Numbered from the stretch's first letter, positions 43,523-57,574 are shown. The stretch: DNA of 64,000 nt from the human T2T-CHM13v2.0 reference genome, Homo sapiens (GCA_009914755.4 CP068257.2:10528001-10592000), one strand, 5' to 3'. Made by a program: numbers and translations. The notes: generated by a model from the letters alone, not told the origin.

Positions 43523-46022
43523 GAGAGAAAAAAAGATATGAGATACTAAACCTTAATACACTGAAAGTTCCAATAATATCAAAGTTGAATTAAAAGCAGA
43601 AATATTAACTATGAACATGAATGACTCATTTTTTATCAATAGAAGGTGGAAGCTACATGACACTAACAAGACCATGTTTAATGAAATGGGATTTGTATTG
43701 AAGGCAGGTGCTATCTCTCCCACTGGACACATTTTTCTCTTGTGCAGACTCTGGGGGTAGGGAGGTGGCCATGATGCAAAGCACGAAAAACACTGTAGTG
43801 ACTCTGGTCTTCCTGCTCACTCTAGATCACTAAAACAGGGTAAGGACAATACAGAGGGATGACATGTTCATGCTGAAAAAACTATGAGTCACTTAGGAGA
43901 AAAGTAAATTTCTACACTTTATACCTTAAGACAAAGTAAATTCAGGGCAGATATTTTATTTAAATGAAGAAAATAAATTCAAAACAGAAATTTTGGTGAA
44001 TATATTTAAAATCTTGGGGTGAGAAGGACTTTCTGAGAATAACATTAAAGGCAAAATCACAAAGAAAAGTACAGATACATTTGATTACATGAGGATTAAA
44101 TGCTTTTATATAGTGAAAAGCAAGACAACCTGGGAGAAATTGCTTATATTACATAAAATAGAAAAAGGATCAATAGATTTAACTTTTCAGTCCAAAGACA
44201 GAAAAGGATAAATGAAGGTGTGTCAAAGAACATGCATTAGAACAAATATATTTACTAATATCAGAGAAATCAATGATGGCTAGTGTTAAGTGTGGGAGGG
44301 GAGAAATGTACACTTTGCATCTTGATGTTAAAGCACATATCAATATCAATAGCGTCACAATCATTCCCTTTGACACAGAATTTCCACTTCTGAGAATTTA
44401 TAACAAGCAAATAACCAACAATATACAGAGATTTAGCCTCAAATATATTCATTTTTGTAAGTTAAAAACTTGTAAAAAAACTGAATTGTTCAGCAATATC
44501 TGACTATTAAATGAATTATAGCACATCTACACCATGAAATATCACACAACTGTTACAAATAATGTTGTAAGTGCACATGAATATATATTAACAAAAAAAT
44601 ATAGCCATGATGTCATTAATAAGGTTATTTACAAAAGAATAAGTATGGTCTCATATCTGTAAACAAAAAAAGTATATGCTTAAAGAACTTAGAAGTGCAT
44701 GCATCAAAGTTTAAGAATGACTAAATGTGGGTAGATTTGTTGATTGTATTTTCAGATTTTCCTTTAATGAACTCTTACATTATTTTTAGTTTTTAGAATA
44801 AAACCTATTTACAGAACTACAGAGTTTTCAAAGTATTTTTGCATGTTATTTTCATTTTATTACTAATTTTTTAAATACAATATCCAGTACATGGATTGCA
44901 TTATAGCCAGTTTACATTTGAATAATCTGAAAGTTAAAGAGGGTTAGTGACTTGCTGAGTATCAGGTGAATGAATATATGATGCCAAAGGCAAGCACTGA
45001 TTCCAGCTTTTACTATAAATCCAATATCATCCCCCTGTTATGAAACACCAGCATTTCTCACAGGGACTACTGCAAATTCCTCCTATATCTATGTAATGAG
45101 ACTTTGTAATTTAAAAATAAAATAAAATGAAAACCTGCTTTATTTTGTTTGGAGTGGGGAAAGAAGGAAATGCTTGCCTTGCTTAATCGGTCTAATTTTG
45201 TTTCAGCCCTGGGCAGCTCCATTACAGAAAACGTATAGCTAATCTGCAGACACACAGTTTAATTCAGTGGCAAATTCAGGGTAATTTGAAGAACTATTTT
45301 TATTTGCCCTCTTTGTTTAGACACCAACAGCTTACAACCATGGTGAGTTAACTTCCTCTATGGCAGTACTTCCTCTCCAGCATTGACACAAGCTGGTGAA
45401 TGGTTATACAACTGGGCAAGAAAGAAGCAGAAGAAAAATCTCCTGAATATGTCTGCAGTTCAGACACAAGCCAGTTTAAGAATGTATTGTTTCATTACAG
45501 TGAGTACATGATAAAATGCCTTCAGGTCAGTGCAACAGGAAGTACTCTAGTGAGATTAGAAACAAATAAGAATAAAATCCCAATGAGCATAAAGAGGTCT
45601 TTAGTCAGCAAAATATGTTTGCTTTTGCTATCAATACTATTTGCTCATAGGCAAAATGTACAAAATTGGGAATCACACCATATCTAGTAAAAATGAGAAA
45701 CGTTCACTATTGATGAGTTAAGTAGCATTCTGCATTCCTGTTTTTTTAAAAAAAACTTTTAATGGAATTAATTTCCTCTAAGAATACTTTTTACATTTTC
45801 AAGCTAGAAGAACATTTATTTCTGAATGGATGGAATTTTTTTTTCAAAATAATACTTGTCTAAGAATTCAACTGGAGTAAATACGGTGTACACTCCCACC
45901 CATACATTTTGATATCTTTCCATAGTTTCCCTTTTTCCTTCTTGCCTCAGCGGAAGCCCTGTTTAACTAAAGATAAGAGATCCATCAATGGCTCCCTCCT
46001 TTCAAACTTCAAACTGACTTAC

Positions 46023-46082
46023 TCATATGAAGCAACATTTTCAGCATCTTCAACTTCAAACTTGGAAAGTCGTGCTAACACA
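46023..46082 (-). CDS. TPTE: TPTE exon encoding (S)VLARLSKFEVEDAENVASY(D)
   Basis: rc = ggctaaag|t gtg tta gca cga ctt tcc aag ttt gaa gtt gaa gat gct gaa aat gtt gct tca tat ga|gtaagtcag. 60 nt. Confidence 0.85.
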
Positions 46083-46799
46083 CTTTAGCCACCAAAAAAA
46101 AAGCAAAAATATATCATTAGATATTTGCTACACAAAATAGTGATGAAAAATATATTTGAATAGCAAGAATCCCATGAATCTAAAGGATATAGTAAACATG
46201 ACTTAGCTCACTGGAAGACCTAATATTTAAGAGAGAAAATTACAATCATTAACCAGAAACTCTTTCCTCATGGATACTCCCAACACTGAATTTTGCATAT
46301 TTTTATCTTCTTTTCTCTCTCTGTCTCTTTCTATATATATGCATATAAAGATATATAAAAGAATATGTATATGGATATATAATATATAAATAATATGTGT
46401 GTAGACATATCTCAAAGACATTGTGGGTTTCATTCCAGACCACTGCAATAAAGCAAAAACTGCATTAAGCAACTCACACAAATGTTTTGGGTTCCCTGTG
46501 CATATAAAAGTTATGTTTACCCTACATGTAGCCTGTTAAGTTTGCAATGGCATTATGTTCGAAAAACTTATGTATATACCTTAATTAAAAACTACTTTAT
46601 TGGTTAAAAAATGCTAATGATCACCTTTTGCTGGTGGAGGGCGTTGCCTCCATGTTCATGGCTGCTGACTGATCAGAGTGGTGGTTGCCAATGGTCAGAG
46701 TGGCTGAGACAATTTCTTAAAATAGGACAACAATGAAGTTTGCTGTAGCAAATGGCTCTTCCTTTCACAAGTGAGGATTAAGTGGTGAAGCCATCAGGT

Positions 46800-49600
46800 C
46801 CTGGACTTTGTTGAAAGCCTTTTTATTACTGATTCAATCTCATTACTTGTTTTTGGTCTGTTCAGGTTTTCTATTTCTTCTTGGTTTAGTCTTGGTAGGT
46901 CGTATGGGTCAAGGATTTTGTCCACCTCCTCTAGGTTTTCAAATTTATTGTAGAGTTGCTCATAATAGTCTCTAATAATTATTTTTATTTCTGTCATTAT
47001 CTGTTATGAGGTCTCTTTTTTTTTGTTTCTGATTTTACTTATTTGGGTCTTCCCTTTTTCTTAATTAGTCTAGCTAATGGTTTGTTGATATTTTTTAAAC
47101 CTTTTTGTTGTTAACCTTTTGTAATTTTTGCCTCAAATGTGTTTATTTCTGTTTGGTCTTCATTATTTATTTCCTTTTAATAATTTGGGGTTTGGTTTGT
47201 TCTTACTATTCTAGTTTCTTGAGGTAGAATTGTTCAGTGGTTTATTTGAAAGTTTTCTAGTTTTTTTGATCCAGGCATTTATTGCTAAAAATATACTTTT
47301 TTTTTTATACTTTAAGTTCTAGGGTACATATGCACAATGTGCAGGTTTGTTACATATGTATACATGTGCCATGTTGGTGTGCTGCGCCCATTAACTCGTC
47401 ATTTACATTAGGTATATCTCCTAATGCTATCCCTCCCCCCTCCCCCTACCCAACAACAGGCCCCAGTGTGTGATGTCCCCCTTCCTGTGTCTGAGTGTTC
47501 TCATTGTTCAATTCCCACCTATGAGTGAGAACATGTGATGTTTGGTGTTTTGTCCTTGCGACAGTTTGCTGAAAAAATGATGAGTTCATGTCCTTTGTAG
47601 GGACACGGATGAAGCTAAAAACATAGTTCTTAATAACTGCTTTTGCTGCGTCCCCTGTTTTGGTATATTGTGTTTCTAGTTACATTTGTTTCAAGGAATT
47701 CTTAAATTTCATTCTTAATTTCTTTCTTCACTCACTGTAACTCAAGGGCATGTTGTTTAATTTCCATATGTCTGTATAGTTTTGAATGTTCCTCTTGTTA
47801 TGAATGTCTAGTTTTATTCCATTGTGGTAAGATAAGATACCTGATAGAATTTCAATTTTTAAAAATTTGTTGAGACTTGTTTTGTAGCCTAACATATGGT
47901 CTATCTTAGATAATGTTTCATGTGCTGATGAAAAGAATGTGTATTCTGCAGCTGTTAGGTGAGATGTTCTGTACATGTTTGTTATTTATGTCCATTTGGT
48001 CTATGGTGGAGTTTAAGTCTGATGTTTCTTTGTTGATTTTCTGTCTAGATGATTTGTCCAATGCTGAGAGTGGGATACGGAAGTGCCCAACTCTTATTGT
48101 AATGGGGTCTATCTCCCTCTTTAGATCTAGTAATATTCGCTTTATATATCTAGGTGCTCTGGTGTTTGAGTGCATACATATTTACAATTATACACATATT
48201 ACAATTATATTTCTTGCTGAATTGAACCCTTTATTATTACATAATAATCTTGTTTGTCAATTTTTATGGTTTTTAACTTGAACTCTGTTTTGTCTGATAC
48301 AAGTATAGCTATCCCTGCTCACTTTGGGCTTCCATTTGCATAGAATATATTTTTCCATCCCTTTATTATCAGTCTATGTGTTTCTATACCGGTAAAGTGA
48401 GTTTCTTTTAGATAAAATATAGTGGGGTCTTATTTTTTAATCCACTCAGTAAGTCTATATCCTTCATGGGGTATTTAATCTATTAACATTCAAAGTTATT
48501 ATTGGTAGGTGAGGAGGTTTTGCATGTTTTCATGATGGTGGTTATCATCTTTTTACTTCCAGATGTAAGACTCCCTTGGGCATTTCTTGTAATGTTGGTC
48601 TAGTGGTGATGAATTATCTTGGTTTTTGTTTATCTATGACAGATTTTATGTCTTCTTCATTTGTAAAGGATAGCTGTGCTGGCTATAATATTCTTGGCTG
48701 AAAGATTTTTTTCTTTCAGAACTTCGAATGTATCATCCCATTCTCTTCTAGCCTAAGGTTTCCACTGGGAAATCAGCTGTTAGTCTAATGGGGATTCCAT
48801 TATAAGTGTGTTACTTTTCTCTTGCTATTTTAAAAAATCTTTGTCTTTTGATTTTTCACAATTTGACTATAATGTCTGGGTTGAATGTATTTGGGGTTCT
48901 TTGATCTTCCTGGAACTAGATGTCTAGCTCTCCCTCAAGAGTTAGGAAGTTTTACGCTATTTTATTAAATATGTTTTCCTCATATTTTCTCTACTCTTTT
49001 CCTTCTGGAATGCCCATAATATGAATATTTGACCAAATTAATGGTGTCCCATAAATCCTGTAGGCTTTTTTCATTCTTTTTTATCCTTTTTTTGCCTGTC
49101 TGTGTTATTTCAAAAGACTTGTCTTCAAGTTCAGAAATTATTTCTTCTGCTTGTTCTTGTCTGTAAAGCCATTGATTGTATTTTTTCATTTCATCCATTG
49201 AACTGTTTAGCTCTTAGGGCTTCTGTTTGGTTATTTTTATGATATCTGTATCTTTACTGAATTTCTCTTTCACCTGATTTCATTGACTTGTCTATCTGTA
49301 TTACCTTACATCTCACTGAGTTTCCTTAAGATTATTCTTTTTTCTGTCACATCATATGTTTATGATTAGGTTCTATTACTGGATAATTATTATTTCCCTT
49401 TGTAGGTGACATGTTTTCTTGCATTTTCATGGTTGCTGTGTTTCTAAATTGATTTCTACGCATCTGGTGAAAAAGTCACCTTTTCCAATTTTATGGAGTA
49501 AAATTGTATGAATTTATTTGTATGAATGGGTCTTGGATGTCAGTTCATTGGGGTATACCGGCCTTGGTTCTACATGGATGCAGTAAGTGTAGTCTCCATG
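46800..49600 (-). mobile_element. antisense L1 (ORF2 region) inserted in Tigger1, itself carrying a younger antisense L1PA 3' end at 47283-47640
   Basis: The minus ORF 46794..46997 reads ..[40 protein letters not shown].. (L1 ORF2). At 47290-47640 the rc is an L1PA 3'UTR (..ccctaatgctatccctcccc.. poly-T head). Confidence 0.7.
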
Positions 49601-49699
49601 TAGTTTATTCAGCTGTGATCCACACTAGTAACATTTGCAAGTTACTCAGTGGCCTAGGTTAAGGAAGTTTGTAGTGATGGTGGTGCAGCCTTGCCAGGG

Positions 49700-50800
49700 G
49701 TGGGCTCACTGGGCTGTTTCTCAGGGTAAGGGTGTGTGCAGGCATAGAGTGGGTCAGAAAACTTGGAGTATGGCTTTATGCCGCTGGCCATGGTGCCATC
49801 ACTCTAGCCAGAAGCATGGGGATGCAGTTGCTCAACCAGGGCATGACTTCCAGATGTGCTTTGCAGGACAGTTTCTCAGGCCCAGGATGCAGGCACACAG
49901 CTGTTTGCCTGGCCTGGAAGCATGCACTCCAGGAGTGGCCTGAAGGGCTGTTTCCCATAACTGGTATGTGGGTACACAGCTGCTCATCTGGCCTGGGGCC
50001 AGTCTGCTGGGGGAAACTCATGGACCAAATATATAGGTGCATAGCTGCTAAGCTGGACTGAAGGTATCTTTGCCAGGGCTGGCCAAGAGGGGTGTTTCTC
50101 AGGCCTGGGATACAGTCAAATGACTTCTCAGCTGTCCTGGATATGTGTCTGCTGGGGGTAGTCCATAGAGCTATTCTAGCTCAGGATGTGTGCACACTGC
50201 TGCTCAGCTGGCCTGGGTGGTGCCTGCCAGGGGAAGCCCTGGGGACTACTTCTGTGAGCCAGGATGTGGACACGAGGCTGCTCGGCTGGCCTAAGGGCAT
50301 GTCTTCTGGGAGTAGCCCATGGAGCTCTTTCTTAGGTCCAGGACATGGGCATTCATGGCTGATTGGCTGGTCTGGAGGTGCATCTGCTGGGAATGGATAC
50401 AGGACTATTTCTCAGGCTCACCCAAGGTTGCACAGCTGCTTAGTTGGCCTGGGAGTGTTTCTGTGTGGGGTGGCCTAAAGGGCTGTTCCTCAAGCTGGGA
50501 CACAGGTATATGGCTGCTTAGTTGGCCTGAGTAAGCTCCCAGGGTTGTTTCTCGGCCCTGAGACTTGGGCATACACAGTTGCTTGTCTCTCAGGTCTGAG
50601 ATACAGGTGCAAGGCCCACTCGGTGGTGTGCCTGCTGGGGGCAGCCTGTGGGACTGTTTCTCAGGCCCTTATTAAAAGCAGAGGGCTACTGGGCACGCCA
50701 GGAGCATGTCTGTGGTTGATGGGGCCCGCAAGGCTGTTTCTCAGGTCCTGAGCATGGGCTCATAGTCACTCTGTTGACCTGTGGGTGTATCAGCTGCTCA
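49700..50800. repeat. tandem minisatellite, ~78-bp unit, ~13-14 diverged copies
   Basis: The recurring unit is (c)tgtttctcaggcc(t/c)(g/a)gga(t/c)(a/g)c(a/g)ggc..agctgct.agctggcctgg... Start points are near 49716, 49872, 49950, 50094, 50170, 50250, 50325, 50408, 50485, 50550, 50655 and 50735. Confidence 0.75.
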
Positions 50801-52744
50801 GAGGCTTAGGGGCCTCTCCCACTTGGGAGAGGGCATGTAGTGGTTTGGCTGTCTTAAGAGTGAATTTACCCTGGATGGGACTGCAGATTATTCCTCTGTC
50901 TGGAAGTGTGGTGGTGGGGGTTGATTTCCCTGCTCTGCATTACTTGAGTTACAGCCAGTCCTGGGACCAACCTCCACACAGCTGGGATTGTGGCTTTAAC
51001 CCACCCATGTGGGCTTGGTGTACTGAAGATAAAGCTCCAGTGCTGGAGAGGCACAGTGGCTACTGGCCCCCAGAGGAGGGCACACTCAAGAGATGACTCT
51101 GTTCTCCAGATGGTGCTGTGTTGCTGCAGCTTAAGCCTCTGGGGGTGGGAAGTCTTCACCTTGTACTCCTAGTCCAGGACATGCAGCTGTGTCAATTCTT
51201 GGCAATACTCCAAACTGGCCTGAGGGCTTGCAAAGACTGTGAGATTCTCCTGTTGTAAAGACTTTGTGTTTGTGATGGCAGTGGGGCTGGTGGGGATCTT
51301 CTGCCTACCTTCACCCTGCAATGAGAAGTCCCTCCTGTCTCTGGGCCAATTCAATCCAGATGGGGCAGAAGGGGCTGCACAGGCTGAGTGCTTCCATGCT
51401 GTGGCAACTTTCAGTCACCACAGATGTGTCTCCACTCCTTTGCTGCACTCCAGGACTATCCCTTTGATACTCTAATCAAATCTCAGATGTGTATTTCTTG
51501 CCTCGGTTCTTTCTTGTAGGGGAGATGAGCACCAGACATCTCTAGTCACCCATCTTGCTTGATTTAGCATAATTCGCACGGGCCCCAGGATTTTCAGAAT
51601 AGTCAATGATTGTTGGCTTCAACTTAAAGTCACCAGCTTCATTAGCCCCTAACAAGAGAATTGGCCTGTGCTTTGAAGATTTGAAACCATGCGTTGACTT
51701 CTCCTCTCTAAATATAAAAGTCCTAGATGGCATCTTCTTCCAATAAAAGGCTATCTTGTCTACATTGAAAATGTGTTGTTTAGTTTGGCCACATTCATCA
51801 GTTATCTCACCTAGATCTTCTGGATAACTTGCTGCTGCTTCTGCATCGGCACTGGCTGTTTACCTTGCACTTTTATGTGATGGAGATGGCTTCTTTCCTT
51901 AAACCTCATGAACAAACCTTTTAGCGTCAAGCTTTTCTTCTGTAGCTTCCTTACCTCTCCCAGGCTTCACTGAATCAAAGAGAGTGAGGGCCTTGTCCTG
52001 GATTACGCTTTGGCTTAAGGGAATGCTGTGGCCGGTTTGATCCTTTATCCAGACCACTACAACATTCTCCATATTAGCAATCAGACTGTTTTGCTTTCTC
52101 AACATTTGTATGTTCACTGGAGTAGCAGTCTTAATTTTCTTCAAGAAGTTTTTTGACTTTTCTGTTTTGTTTTGTTTTTGTTTTTGTTTTACATTCACAA
52201 CTTGGCTGAAGTGGTGCAAGAAGTCTAGCCTTCCTCACAATCATTTCTAGCTTTTGGTTTAAAGTGAGAGACATGTGACTCTTCCCTTCACTAGGACACT
52301 CAGAGACCATCATAGGCTTACTAAATGGCTTACTTTCAATATTGTTGTGTCTCAGGGAATAGGGAGGCCCAAGGAGAAGGAGAGAGATGGGGGAATGGCT
52401 AGTCAGTGGAGCAGTCACAACAAACATGTCATTGATTAGGCTTGTCATCTTAATATGGACATGGTTCGTGTTGCCCCAAAACAATTACAATAGTAACATC
52501 AAAGATCACTGATCACATATCACCATAACAGATATGATAATAAAAAGTTTGGAATACTGCAAGAATTATTAAAATGTGACAAGAGACACAAAGTGAGAAC
52601 ACGCTGTTGGAAAAATAAAACCAGGAGACTTGCTCAATGTAGGGTTGCTACAAACCTTCAGTTTACAAAAAAGTAATATCTGAGGGGCAATAAAATAAAG
52701 CACAATAAAACAAGATATACCTGCATATACACACACATATATGT

Positions 52745-53250
52745 ATATATAAACTATATATGTGTATATATACATATATATGCTAAAGGATATATACATA
52801 TATGTTTACATATATATACACAGATGCTCATATATATATTAAAGGATATATACATGACTACTGATGTTATTTGGGTTAGTGCTAAAGAATATATCTATAT
52901 ATAGATATGTATATATAGATATATATACACACATTTAAATATGCACATATGTAGACATGTATATAGATATGTGTATCTATATCTATATACACACAAATAC
53001 ATATTTATATATCTATATATATTACATATATAGCTAAAAGATATATCTGTATATATACACACACACACATATACATGTGTGTTATATGTGTGTGTGTGTG
53101 TGTAGATAGATCCTTTAGCACTGACCCAAATTAATAATGTCAGTAGTTTTCAATGACACCACCATTGAAAGGTGAGTTATATCAAATATATATCAAATTA
53201 GTGAAAGACTACTGATGTCATTTTATCCGGGCCAGTGCTAACGATTAAAA
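52745..53250. repeat. AT/CA-rich low-complexity block flanked by ~35-bp inverted and direct repeats
   Basis: A at 52856-52887 is gactactgatgttatttgggttagtgctaaag. B at 53113-53147 is ctttagcactgacccaaattaataatgtcagtagt, which is inverted relative to A. C at 53207-53243 is gactactgatgtcattttatccgggccagtgctaacg, direct relative to A. Between A and B lie (TA)n and (CA)n runs. Confidence 0.7.
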
Positions 53251-54065
53251 ATGTACACTTCAGGTCAAGTGACTTCAGAGACATACTTTTCTGGTTGAAA
53301 TTATGTACATTTGCTCTACATTTATAAACTGGCTGAATCCTCAAAATGTGTATGTCAATGATTTGGAATCTACTATTAATATATCATTTTTTCCTAGAAG
53401 AAAACCTTATATTATGTAAAGGTGCTCCTGGGCCTTAACAAACAAACTAATGAATCACAATTTAAGTGCAGTTCTGTATTACTTCATTTGTGAATGAATT
53501 TTACCAATCTTAATATATGCCTCTCTTCTTTCTCTCCGTATTTTGAAATTTCACCCATCATTGATGACTCTACCACACATTACTCTTTTTAATTCAATGA
53601 GGTAATAGCTAAAGGATTAAAAATGAACATAGCAAGACTCCACATGTTATCCTAGACTTAATTTTCTGACACAAATTAGCAATAATTATTCCACAATTTA
53701 TAATCTAGTTCCCCTGAAAAACGGACATTAATCAGTTATTTATTTGAAACATGGTATTTAATTTTTCTCTGGAAACGAGGTTTTAGATGTTTGTAATGAA
53801 ATTTTTCGGCCTGTGAAAAAAACTTAATGAATCAAGTTTATATACATTTCTTTACTCCTAAACCTAATCCCCAAGTTACTGTTTCTGGCAAAATTTACAT
53901 AAAATCAACTTCAGTTTGTAAACACCCACCTTGCTCGCCCTTGTAATTTTCTGCCTTCTCATGTTCAAATACCTCCAGTAACTCTTCACCAATCATGGAT
54001 GTCTTTCCTGCCCCTCAGATAGGGTTAAGTAACTACAGACCCAATGCAGGGCCTCCATACAATCT

Positions 54066-54354
<289 letters not shown>

Positions 54355-55356
54355 AAATACATTTTAATTCGCCCATGCCTCCAACGTCCTATAAAATAAA
54401 TTCTTTTAAAAATTTATTTATTGGCTTAAAAATCAATACTACATACAAAACTCACATGCTATTGCTTAATGAGCAACTACAGAATTCTCACCTAGATGTT
54501 TCCTTAATCAGCCACTGATTAAACACAATCCTTTTATTCCTTCTGTAAAATCTCATTTTGCAAGGTTTCTTGAGCATTACACTATAATTAACTTGAATCA
54601 GGTTTTCCATATTACTTACACCTTTATGATTTATTTCCAGGAGAGGTTTTCACATGACTGGGAAAACCCTCCACCACCTCCTTCCTTTCACTGATCATGC
54701 TAGTCTCTCCTGCCCATGAGACACAGTGAAGTACCCGCACACCTGAGGAAAGCGGCATCCAATGAGGTGGTGGGTTTGGGCTGGGTCTAGGCACCAACCT
54801 CACATGTGGACAGAGCTCTCGAGTGTGTGGGACAAGTCCATGTTCCATTAGCTCCATTCTTTTTTTCCCAGGGCTTCACTACTCCTTATTGGCTGCTATC
54901 TCCTCCATGTTGCAAATAGGATTCTCTCCTTTCTTGGAACACTATGGTAGGGTCTCAAACTCAGGAAACCTGAATCCCTTAAAAAATTGCCTACCAGAAA
55001 TTGAGGGTGACAAATACACTAACAGGAAGAAGCAGCTCTCCTACGAACTGACCTCCTTATACAACTCCATCAAAAAAAGGTGCAAAGTTATCTACAAATG
55101 CTACAATGAGAAGAATTGGAAACCCTGTTAAAAAACACTCTGTATGGCCATGCAGGCTCCTGAGAGTAAATTCCACAAATGTCCATCTGTCTCCGTGTTT
55201 TGTGTTTCCATTTTGTGCATGGGTTTGTTTGTGTAAATGTGTTGACAAAAGTGTGTATGGATGAAGATGGATGGATATATTTGTGTATGTGCTTGGTGTG
55301 TGTATAGCTCTATGCACTCTTATGCATACGTGTGTCTTCATGTATTTATAACTCAC

Positions 55357-55410
55357 CTTTCACTGATAGGTGACACCCGGGCTGCTCCTTTAAATTCACT
55401 TGTGTGTGGG
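55357..55410 (-). CDS. TPTE: TPTE N-terminal repeat exon 3, encoding (S)PHTSEFKGAARVSPISE
   Basis: rc = cctctag|c cca cac aca agt gaa ttt aaa gga gca gcc cgg gtg tca cct atc agt gaa ag|gtgagttat. 54 nt. Confidence 0.85.
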
Positions 55411-55438
55411 CTAGAGGATGATAAAAGAATACAGTCAG

Positions 55439-55721
<283 letters not shown>

Positions 55722-56118
55722 AAAAGAATACAGTCAGATAGGAGACGCGATTCTAAATTTACTTTTTTGGAAAATTAGCTTTTATTACTCTAGACAGAAA
55801 CCAATGAATTCCTATCAGAAATCTGAGTCCCATAAAAAAACTGCTTAGTAGGAACTAAGGGTGGCAAATACATTACAGGAAGAAGCAAATCTCCTACGAC
55901 CTGCTCCTTTTTATAGAGCTCCACCAAAGAAGGATGCAAAGTTACTAACAAATGCTACAATGAGACGAATTGGAAACTCTGTTAAAAAAAAAAAATCTCT
56001 ATGGCCATGCAGGCTCCTGAGAGTAAATTCCACAAATGTCCACCAGTCTCCTTTCTCTTTGGTCTATGTTTCCATCATGTGCATGGATTAGTTTGTGTAA
56101 GTGTGTTGAAGAGACGTG

Positions 56119-56218
56119 TGGATGGATGGATGAATGGATGGATGGATGAATGGATGGATGGATGGATGGATGGATGAATGGATGGATGGATGGATGGATG
56201 GATGGATGGGGTATACTT
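56119..56218. repeat. (GGAT)n/(GGATGAAT) microsatellite, ~25 units
   Basis: ggatggatggatgaatggatggatggatgaatggatggatggatggatggatggatgaatggatgg... Confidence 0.95.
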
Positions 56219-56291
56219 GCTCATGTGCCTGTGTGTGTATAGTTCTATGCACACTTATGCTGACGGGTGACTTTAACTATTTATTGCTCAC

Positions 56292-56345
56292 CTTTCTTTC
56301 GCAGGTGCCTCCTCGGTTGCTCCTTTAAATTCACTTGTCTGTGGA
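56292..56345 (-). CDS. TPTE: TPTE N-terminal repeat exon 2, encoding (S)[17 protein letters not shown]
   Basis: rc = cactag|t cca cag aca agt gaa ttt aaa gga gca acc gag gag gca cct gcg aaa gaa ag|gtgagcaat. 54 nt with the same symmetric phase. Confidence 0.85.
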
Positions 56346-57249
56346 CTAGTGGATGATAAGAGAAAACAGTCAGAGAGGAGACATAATTCTGAATTTATAT
56401 TTTGGAAAAATTACCTTTCATTACTCTAGACAGAAACCAATTAATTTCTGACTATTCATGTGTATAGTACTACTGGAACCTGGAATGTCTTTTCCTCTTT
56501 ATTAGCAATGAGGATTTATATGGCGACAACCAAAATCTTAGGCGGGGGAAAATAGTAATGCTTCCCGATTTAAGTAAACCTCTTTATTATGACCTCAGTC
56601 CCAATGTGTGACAGACTTTGTGGTGGTAGTTATTTCAAACTCAACTCCAATTTGTAGGTAGTCAGCCCTCTTATTCCATTCAATGTCCTGCTTAAAAGGC
56701 CCTCCATTAGCTCCTTATGTTCACCCAGCATGGTGGTTTCTCATGTCCCACAAAAAGGGTCAGGTAACTAGAGGTCTGACACAGGGGCACAATCCAATAG
56801 GATGGTGATTTTAGGTTTGGAGCACCAGCCTCTGTGGTGGCAGGGTTCTGGAGGGTGGTGAACACCTCCAAGGCTCATAGCTCTGTTGCTTTCTGCTGAA
56901 GGCTTCACAGTTCCCCAAGTACTCCTACCTCCTCCTCACTCCAAACAGGATTCTCTCTTCCCTGGGCCTACTCTGGTATGTCTGGTACACAGAAAATCTG
57001 CTTTTCCAAAGCATTTGCCTGCTACTTACTAAGGGTGACAAGACAGTAACAGATGGAAGCCTCTCTCTCTAGTCAGTTTCTTTTTTTCTAAACAATATAA
57101 AAATGTGGAAGTTATCTATACATGATACAGGGAGATGATAAAGAACCTGTGTCAAAGAAACACTGTATTATCAGGAACACATCTGAGAGTTAATCCCACT
57201 AATCTCGGTCTCTTTCTCTGTCACTGTTTTGTGTGTGTGTGTGTGCATC

Positions 57250-57548
57250 TTTTTTTTTTTTCATTTTTGCAACAGTTTCGCTCCTGCTGCCCAGGGTGGA
57301 ATGCAGCGGCATGTTCTCAGCTCACTGCAAACTCCACTTCCCCAGGTTCAATCGATTCTCCTGCCTCAGTCTCCTGAGTAGCTGGGATTAGAGGCACCTG
57401 CCACCACACCTGGCTAGTTCTTGTAGTTTTAGTAGAGACAGGGTTTCACGATGTTTGCCAGCCTGGTCTCGAACACCCGACCTCAGGGTATCGGCCTGCT
57501 TCAGCCTCCCAAAGTGCTCAGATTACAGGTGTGAACCATTGCACCTGG
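57250..57548 (-). mobile_element. Alu SINE (sense to the gene) ending 26 bp from the donor of exon 57575-57628
   Basis: poly-T then catttttgcaacagtttcgctcctgctgcccagggtggaatgcagcggcatgttctcagctcactgcaaactcc...gtgtgaaccattgcacctgg. The likely TSD is atgtgt(g/a)catc. Confidence 0.85.
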
Positions 57549-57574
57549 TCATGTGTACATCTTTTATAACTCAC

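Larger units (their letters stand above)
46400..52745 (+). mobile_element. Tigger1 DNA transposon split by nested insertions (5' part 46400-46800, 3' part 51545-52745)
   Basis: 5' part: ..tatctcaaagacattgtgggtttcattccagaccactgcaataaagcaaa... 3' part: ..cccaggattttcagaatagtcaatgattgttggcttcaacttaaagtcaccagc...gtgacaagagacacaaagtgagaacacgctgttggaaaaat... The minus ORFs 51899..52484 are antisense transposase remnants. Confidence 0.7.
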
